Below, piece by piece: positions 24,323 through 29,969 of a stretch of 29,969 nt of DNA. Each line of letters opens with the position of its first letter. Position 1 is the stretch's first letter. The notes beneath the pieces were generated by a model. That model saw nothing but the letters and a program-made list of their open reading frames with translations. It had not been told where the DNA came from and made no database searches. Both the position numbers and the translations under genes were made by a program. Source of the stretch: a virus (lineage: Duplodnaviria; Caudoviricetes); the IMG/VR virus record IMGVR_UViG_3300044698_000279, positions 1-29,969 of that record. The stretch is one strand, 5' to 3'.

Positions 24323-24891
24323 GAAAAGCTCATATCGATTATCTCAAGGCCATGCTGGTTGCCATTAGTTTCCCTGGCCAGTTACTTGAAGTTTACCCTG
24401 CTGAGGACAAACTTCCACAAATGATCCCATGCGCACCTATTAAATTGATACCGACTCAAAACCGGCTTGATGCCAGATTAAAATCCGGAAACCGGATTGC
24501 AAAATTGCCGCCTGTTACTGTTAACGGCGTTAAATCGAATCGGTATTTAAAGAGTCATTTTAAACAGGCGTTTAAGTATCAAGTAGATTTGTGGTTAAAA
24601 AACCCAGTGACCGAAATTTTGAGCACACCTGCCAACCCCGGCTATGTTGACAAAGCCATGGTGTACGTTTCTGAAAACCAGACCATTGCCATTACTCTTC
24701 AGGATATCGAATACAAAATCACTGTGGATATCGGAGCCAGCGGCGACATTACCGATGATTCTGATAAATCGATTTATAAATATTATCTCGAAGTGATTTT
24801 TCGCGACGGGCTTTATAGTATTGAAGAGGCCGAAACACTGGCAGGAGCCGCGCTGGAGATTGAACAGCCGGTGGAGGTTGAGGTCGTATGA
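24319..24891 (+). CDS. Probable tail terminator
   Basis: 190 aa; position before sheath. Confidence 0.5.
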   Translation: MRKAHIDYLKAMLVAISFPGQLLEVYPAEDKLPQMIPCAPIKLIPTQNRLDARLKSGNRIAKLPPVTVNGVKSNRYLKSHFKQAFKYQVDLWLKNPVTEILSTPANPGYVDKAMVYVSENQTIAITLQDIEYKITVDIGASGDITDDSDKSIYKYYLEVIFRDGLYSIEEAETLAGAALEIEQPVEVEVV

Positions 24892-25115
24892 TAGTACCAC
24901 GTCCGCTATGGCATAGATTTAAACCAAAAATGAAAATGGATGTTAATGAGTCAATGTCATCGCTCAGCATTGAATGTAAAATTACAGGCGTATCAAGATT
25001 GAAATTCAAATTAAGCATCGCAACATTTTTAATAAATATAGCATCATGGATTATACGGCCTGGAAAAATTGAAATCGAGGTTGAGATGAAAGAACAAGGA
25101 GAAACATCAAAATGA
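24888..25115 (+). CDS. Small hypothetical protein
   Basis: 75 aa; ATGA overlaps at both ends. Confidence 0.55.
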   Translation: MIVPRPLWHRFKPKMKMDVNESMSSLSIECKITGVSRLKFKLSIATFLINIASWIIRPGKIEIEVEMKEQGETSK

Positions 25116-25474
25116 AAATTGAGGAATTTTACAAAAAGCATTCTGAAACATACCATTTCAGAAAATCACTGAAGGCCGGATTTATATCTTATCTGCGGGT
25201 CGAAAACGACCAGGCGGAAGTCGACGAAAAAACCCTGATTGAGAAATACAAAAAGTTTTCGGGCATTGATCCGACTACCGGTAAACCTGCCGTCGTCGAT
25301 GTACATAAAAACCCGACTCCGGTAAATCCGGATGATTCTCAAAAATCAGGAAAAGGGAAATCAGGAAAAGGGAAAAAGAAAAAAGATTCTGATTTGGATG
25401 ATCCAGAGGACACAGAGGAATCAGAAGATTCAAATCTGATTGAGCCTGATCTGGATGATCTTATTCAAAATTAA
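25112..25474 (+). CDS. Hypothetical protein with basic/acidic low-complexity tail
   Basis: AAGGAG RBS; 15-bp tandem duplication at 25343-25372 (KSGKG x2). Confidence 0.7.
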   Translation: MKIEEFYKKHSETYHFRKSLKAGFISYLRVENDQAEVDEKTLIEKYKKFSGIDPTTGKPAVVDVHKNPTPVNPDDSQKSGKGKSGKGKKKKDSDLDDPEDTEESEDSNLIEPDLDDLIQN

Positions 25475-25484
25475 GGAGTAATAC

Positions 25485-26975
25485 ATGGGTGGAGTAAGTA
25501 CATTTCATCAAAGCGGCGGCGCAGTCGCCAGCGACTATAAAGCTGACAGAGTATCTGCCAAAGTTGGCCAGGCTGAGGGCGGTAATGCCCTCGAAAAATA
25601 TTTTGTTACCAATGCCAATCAGGCAAAAGATATTTTTGGCGCTGGCGAACTGGTCGATCACGTTCAACAATATTTCGAGGAATTCGATTTGGCCAAAGGG
25701 CAGCAACCAGCCCCGTTAATTCTGGTCAGACCTGATAATGATACGCCGGGCAGTGTCGATGCTCCGGTAGCCGGCTCCCTAAATACTGGTCTTGCCGCGT
25801 TACCAACAACATCAGGAACACCGACCGGGTCGCGTATTGTTATTCTTAAAATAACCAAAGCCGGAGCGCATCAAACTGCGGAATATCAAAAATCTGTCGA
25901 TGGCGGTCTGACTTATGGAACGCCTGTGGTGACACCTGTCAGCGGATCTTCGATCATGCTTGATGCAGGTGTCAGCGCAACATTTAGTGATGACGGTGTT
26001 ACGCCTGCTGAAACATTCCAGCTCGGCGATACTTTTACTTTTGTCATTAACGGGCCTACCGCATCGGTCGCCGCCAAGCTGGTTGCCATCGCGGTTCTGA
26101 TTCAGGAATACAGAATTTATTGGTTACACCTTATCGGTGGCATCGATCGCGCTACTGCGGTTTCGATCAACCAGATTCTTGCTGATATGGAAACCACAAA
26201 GAACCAGCCAACGTTTGGAATTGTGGAAGCACGTTCCATTTTGGCCAGCGGTGAAACCTTCAGTCAGTATGAACAGTATCTGGAATCTGAATTCGGACCA
26301 TTTTATTCTGAGCGCGTCACCATTGTGACTGCCGAGGGGCGTTACATTGCCGGGGGCGTCGATAATGCGGGTGGTTATGAAGCGGTCAAAGCTGCCGGTT
26401 CAGGAATTTGGCGAAACGCCGCGACTATGCTGACAGCCAAGCTGGCCGCTGGTTCCCCGAATGAGTCACCCGGTTGGGTTGCGAAAATGAGATCCCTGAC
26501 CTTATCTGAAATTCGTCACTGGAAAGACGGTTATCAGGATTACATGGATGCCTTGAATACCATGCGGCTGACTGTACTGAAAGAATACAACAACTGGCCG
26601 GGTATTTATATCATGTCAGGTCGAATCAAATCTGCGCCAAATTCTGATTTCTCAGAAATTCCGGAAAGACGCCGAGCCGATAAGATGCACCGGATTGTTT
26701 ATCAAGAGTCGATGCCATTTGTAGATGCTGATTCTGAAACTGAATCAAGCTCTGGTGGTTTTGACACGTTGAAAGCGTTTGCGATGGCTGCCGTATCTCG
26801 TGATATGATGCAACCTGGCGCACGAGAAATTTCTGGTGCGACTATCGTTGTTGACCCCAATAAAAACTTTGCCACATCAAATCCAAAGAAACTGCAATTG
26901 AAATTGGGGATGCAAATCAAACCCAGAGCAAAATTCATTGAATGGACGACAAACTATACTGTCGTTACGAAATAA
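25485..26975 (+). CDS. Contractile tail sheath protein (DUF2586-like)
   Basis: 496 aa; IFGAGEL, SDFSEIPERRRADK motifs; precedes tube-sized gene. Confidence 0.8.
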   Translation: MGGVSTFHQSGGAVASDYKADRVSAKVGQAEGGNALEKYFVTNANQAKDIFGAGELVDHVQQYFEEFDLAKGQQPAPLILVRPDNDTPGSVDAPVAGSLNTGLAALPTTSGTPTGSRIVILKITKAGAHQTAEYQKSVDGGLTYGTPVVTPVSGSSIMLDAGVSATFSDDGVTPAETFQLGDTFTFVINGPTASVAAKLVAIAVLIQEYRIYWLHLIGGIDRATAVSINQILADMETTKNQPTFGIVEARSILASGETFSQYEQYLESEFGPFYSERVTIVTAEGRYIAGGVDNAGGYEAVKAAGSGIWRNAATMLTAKLAAGSPNESPGWVAKMRSLTLSEIRHWKDGYQDYMDALNTMRLTVLKEYNNWPGIYIMSGRIKSAPNSDFSEIPERRRADKMHRIVYQESMPFVDADSETESSSGGFDTLKAFAMAAVSRDMMQPGAREISGATIVVDPNKNFATSNPKKLQLKLGMQIKPRAKFIEWTTNYTVVTK

Positions 26976-26988
26976 GAAGGAGTAAATA

Positions 26989-27420
26989 ATGTTAGAACCA
27001 GGCGATATAGTACCAGAAGCGCTGAACTTCTCGAATTTTCAAATGAATATGTTCGGTTTCAATCTGATGAAATTTTTGGATTTTGAACTGGACTATGAAG
27101 CAGAGTGGTCGGTTAATTATGGAAAGGACGGTCATCCAATAAGCTGGACAGTCAAGAAATTTAAAAACACTCTCAAAGCCACTTTGTTGGTTGAAGAGCT
27201 GAAAAATTTTATACCACTGGCCCCCGGCGGAAACTTGTTGATGCTGCCACCAGGCCCGATTACCGCATCTACAATCGTTCCGAATGTTGGCTCCCTGAAG
27301 ATAACCATCCCTGCTGCAAAAATCATCAAGTATCCGTTCAAAGCTAAAGAGGGTGATGACAAGATGGAAATTCCAATGGATCTTGGTGTTGCATCAATGC
27401 CAATTATCGAGTTTACATAA
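26989..27420 (+). CDS. Tail tube protein
   Basis: 143 aa beta-rich, after sheath. Confidence 0.7.
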   Translation: MLEPGDIVPEALNFSNFQMNMFGFNLMKFLDFELDYEAEWSVNYGKDGHPISWTVKKFKNTLKATLLVEELKNFIPLAPGGNLLMLPPGPITASTIVPNVGSLKITIPAAKIIKYPFKAKEGDDKMEIPMDLGVASMPIIEFT

Positions 27421-27443
27421 ACTATAAAAAAAAGGAAAAATGT

Positions 27444-27860
27444 ATGAACACAAATAATTTAAATGAAATTATTAAAAACAAGCAAGAGGCAATTGAGCTT
27501 CTACCGTCTCCGTATCGAAAGCTGACTGATGATGTTCTCGACGAAGAAAATGTTAAACTGTCAATCAGTACTCTGAAAGATATTTATAAAGACAAGGGCG
27601 GTATTCATCTTCTTGAAGTTGAAGATTATCAGATACTCGTCAGGGTTCCCAATGAAACTCACCTCAATCACGGGATGGAAAATAAAAAACGAACCGCTAT
27701 TGAAGCTGACCGGTGGCTAGTCGGCGAATGTCTGTTATACCCATCAGTCGATGTATTTAAATCCTGGTTAATTTCTGCGCCTGGTCTAGGTACACCTTTT
27801 GCGAAGAAACTTCTGGAGCTTGGCGCCACAACGCAGGAGGCCAAGGCAAAAAAGCTTTAA
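27444..27860 (+). CDS. Tail assembly chaperone (gpG-like)
   Basis: Between tube and TMP; ends with slippery A AAA AAG. Confidence 0.75.
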   Translation: MNTNNLNEIIKNKQEAIELLPSPYRKLTDDVLDEENVKLSISTLKDIYKDKGGIHLLEVEDYQILVRVPNETHLNHGMENKKRTAIEADRWLVGECLLYPSVDVFKSWLISAPGLGTPFAKKLLELGATTQEAKAKKL

Positions 27861-28051
27861 GCGACTATAGGAATGGAATTCAACAAGGTAAGGGTGTACT
27901 AAATATCTTATACGCCCACTACTTTCCTGGTCGCATTGAACCAGACTGGTCTGATACGGAAGAATATATGAAGGCATTGGCAGAAGTGGAATACATGGAA
28001 GATCATGAAGTTCATATAAGGGCAAAGGCAATTGTAAAGGCATTTGGATAA
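27848..28051 (+). CDS. -1 frameshift extension of tail chaperone (gpGT-like)
   Basis: AAAAAAG at 27848-27854; -1 frame open (ALSDYRNG...KAIVKAFG) to TAA 28049-28051, 3 nt before TMP ATG. Confidence 0.75.
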   Translation, partial: KKALSDYRNGIQQGKGVLNILYAHYFPGRIEPDWSDTEEYMKALAEVEYMEDHEVHIRAKAIVKAFG

Positions 28052-28054
28052 TAT

Positions 28055-29956
28055 ATGGGGTCTGAAATATTCAAACTTGGCGCTGTCTTGACCTTTCGCG
28101 AGATGATGTCTGGAGGGGTTAAATCTCTAACCAGTCATTGGGATAAGCTGAAAAAAACAATTGGCGAAACGGACCCGATTATTCGTAAAGCTGAAAACTC
28201 TGTAGGCGCAATGAAATTTGGTACCAAGATTGCCGCTGGAGTCCTCGCCCTTACCCTCAGCATGGGTGCGGCCCGAATGGAGACATCTAAACTAGAAGGG
28301 AATTTGAAATCTCTTGGCGTTAGTTCACAAGAAGTCAACAAGCTGAGCTACTCAGCATCTGCCGCTGCCGCAGAATTCGGTATTGCAAAGGATGTCTACC
28401 TCACAGGCGCCTACGATATTAAATCCGCTGTATCCAGTTTAAATTCTGGTCAAATGGAACAGTTCGCCCATTCCATTGCCCTGGCTGCAACTGCAACCAA
28501 GGGCGATTTTGCGCAAATGTCAAAACTGTTCGGTATGGTGTATAACCAGTTTGGGGCCATGTCAGGTCTCGACCCAGGAGCCTTTGCTGAGAAAGCAGCT
28601 AACACGTTTGCTTTTGCTGTAAAACAATTTCGTACAGATGGCGCCGCACTTGACCAGGCATTTAATTCTGCCGGGATGAGCGCTGCAAGGATGGGTGTTA
28701 CTATCGGCGAACAGACGGCGGTCTTGGGAACGCTGATGAACACCATGCAACCCGGTGAAGCTGGAACGGCATGGAAGGCATACTTTGGTCATTTGGAATC
28801 TGGTTTTTCGAAGCTGAAATTAGAGGCCAGAAAAGACGGAAAACTTTTAGGTGTGGCTGACCAGATTGAAGAAATTCAAAAACGTTTTAATATAAAACTT
28901 CCCACAGAACAACTTGACGCCTTGAACAAATTAGACCCGGCTCAGCGATCCGGCGCAGTGAAAGCCCTTATAAACGAAAAAACGGTTGAAAAATTAAATT
29001 CTGCGTTCGGCGAGGAAGGCGCAAAGATGGTGTATAGTTTGATTGGTGTAACCAATGAACTGCGCACTTCTGTTGAAGGTGCAAACAAAGCCAGTACCGA
29101 TGCTGCCGAAATGTCCTCAGCCAATCTGAATAATCTTGGCGGCCAATGGGCTAAACTCAAAGGTGGCCTTGGAGGTTTTTGGGATAATATTTCAAAAGGA
29201 ATGGACGGGCCTTTCATAAAAGTTTTTGGAGGGCTGAACAGTCTGCTTGAAAAATACAATAAACTTTCCGGGTCGACAAAAGATTTAATTTCTCATTCTA
29301 TTGGTCTTGCTTTGGTTCTTGGAGGAATAGCCGGCACTGTTATCGCGGTCGGCGGCGCTTTGTCGTTCTATCGATTTATGAAACTGGCAAGTGCAAAAGC
29401 AGCTCTACTTGAGGCCGAGGCCGAAGGTGTTGGCGCTGTCGTAAAACAAAGCTGGCTGCGATCTGCCGTTGCATCCATTGGCATGACAATCAAAGATACA
29501 GCTGTCAAGGGCTACAACGCCGTTGCCAGTTGGGTTGCCGCAGGGGCTGAAAAAGACCTTGCGTTTGGTAAGTCTGTTTTAAACCGGCTTGCGAATCTTG
29601 GCTTTGTGGTCCAAATGCGTGAAGGCGGCGCAAAGATGCTCAATGCCGCAAGAACAAAAGCGGCAGCCGCTGCCGAATGGGGGCTTGGGGCTGTCAAGAA
29701 AGCTGGAATTGCTCTGAGCAATTTAAGCGCCGTGGCTACTGTTAGAGAGGCGGTTGTCAAACGTGGCGCTATGGCTGCTACCAAGGCGATGGCGGCCGGC
29801 CAATGGCTTTTAAATGCTGCGATGTATGCATCGCCTATCGTATTGATAGTTGGTGGAATTTTATTGTTGGGAGCGGCTGTCTATGGCGTAGTGAAGCACT
29901 GGAAAGATTTCGTTGAATGGGCAGATCGTGCCTGGACTTCGGTTAAAAACTTTTAA
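28055..29956 (+). CDS. Tail tape measure protein (TP901-like core); stop at 29956 possibly premature
   Basis: GEAGTAWKAYF, AFGEEG motifs, Ala/Gly-rich, Trp-containing repeats. Confidence 0.88.
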   Translation: MGSEIFKLGAVLTFREMMSGGVKSLTSHWDKLKKTIGETDPIIRKAENSVGAMKFGTKIAAGVLALTLSMGAARMETSKLEGNLKSLGVSSQEVNKLSYSASAAAAEFGIAKDVYLTGAYDIKSAVSSLNSGQMEQFAHSIALAATATKGDFAQMSKLFGMVYNQFGAMSGLDPGAFAEKAANTFAFAVKQFRTDGAALDQAFNSAGMSAARMGVTIGEQTAVLGTLMNTMQPGEAGTAWKAYFGHLESGFSKLKLEARKDGKLLGVADQIEEIQKRFNIKLPTEQLDALNKLDPAQRSGAVKALINEKTVEKLNSAFGEEGAKMVYSLIGVTNELRTSVEGANKASTDAAEMSSANLNNLGGQWAKLKGGLGGFWDNISKGMDGPFIKVFGGLNSLLEKYNKLSGSTKDLISHSIGLALVLGGIAGTVIAVGGALSFYRFMKLASAKAALLEAEAEGVGAVVKQSWLRSAVASIGMTIKDTAVKGYNAVASWVAAGAEKDLAFGKSVLNRLANLGFVVQMREGGAKMLNAARTKAAAAAEWGLGAVKKAGIALSNLSAVATVREAVVKRGAMAATKAMAAGQWLLNAAMYASPIVLIVGGILLLGAAVYGVVKHWKDFVEWADRAWTSVKNF

Positions 29957-29969
29957 GGTGTTGGTGATG

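Larger units (their letters stand above)
100..29969. mobile_element. Transposable Mu-like prophage (contractile tail), early operon inverted; left boundary uncertain, right part runs off the window
   Basis: DDE transposase + AAA ATPase + Gam + GemA + Ner on the minus strand, central repressor, full head/tail gene order on the plus strand. Confidence 0.93.

Noticed and set aside
25343-25372. 15-bp tandem duplication
   Set aside because: In-frame duplication in a low-complexity linker; no sign of function
26676-26683. Another GCCGATAA
   Set aside because: Inside the sheath coding motif RRADK with no TAAA at the right distance

Overview
The window is almost entirely a transposable (Mu-like) myovirus prophage with the early region inverted relative to the late genes, as in B3/BcepMu-type phages. 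A leftward early operon (~10850 to 235) encodes Ner-like and other HTH proteins, a DDE transposase, an MuB-like AAA+ ATPase, Gam, a STAS protein, GemA, a C39-like peptidase and an ASCH protein. The centre holds an immunity switch with operators, a CI-like repressor, a two-gene AT-rich moron and an Xis-type HTH activator. Rightward late genes follow: lysis, terminase, portal, MuF, protease, capsid, neck, sheath, tube, chaperone and tape measure, cut by the window edge. Most notable: (1) two plus-strand genes nested antisense in the early operon, each behind a sigma28/FliA-like promoter placed for leaderless translation and covered by an open minus-strand frame; (2) a STAS anti-anti-sigma factor lacking the phosphoacceptor Ser; (3) an A10 slippery run that would fuse the portal to MuF and its toxin-like tail; (4) a 55-aa protein repeating the transposase's first catalytic-Asp motif; (5) two near-identical late promoters. 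All family calls come from motif recognition by eye; no searches were run.
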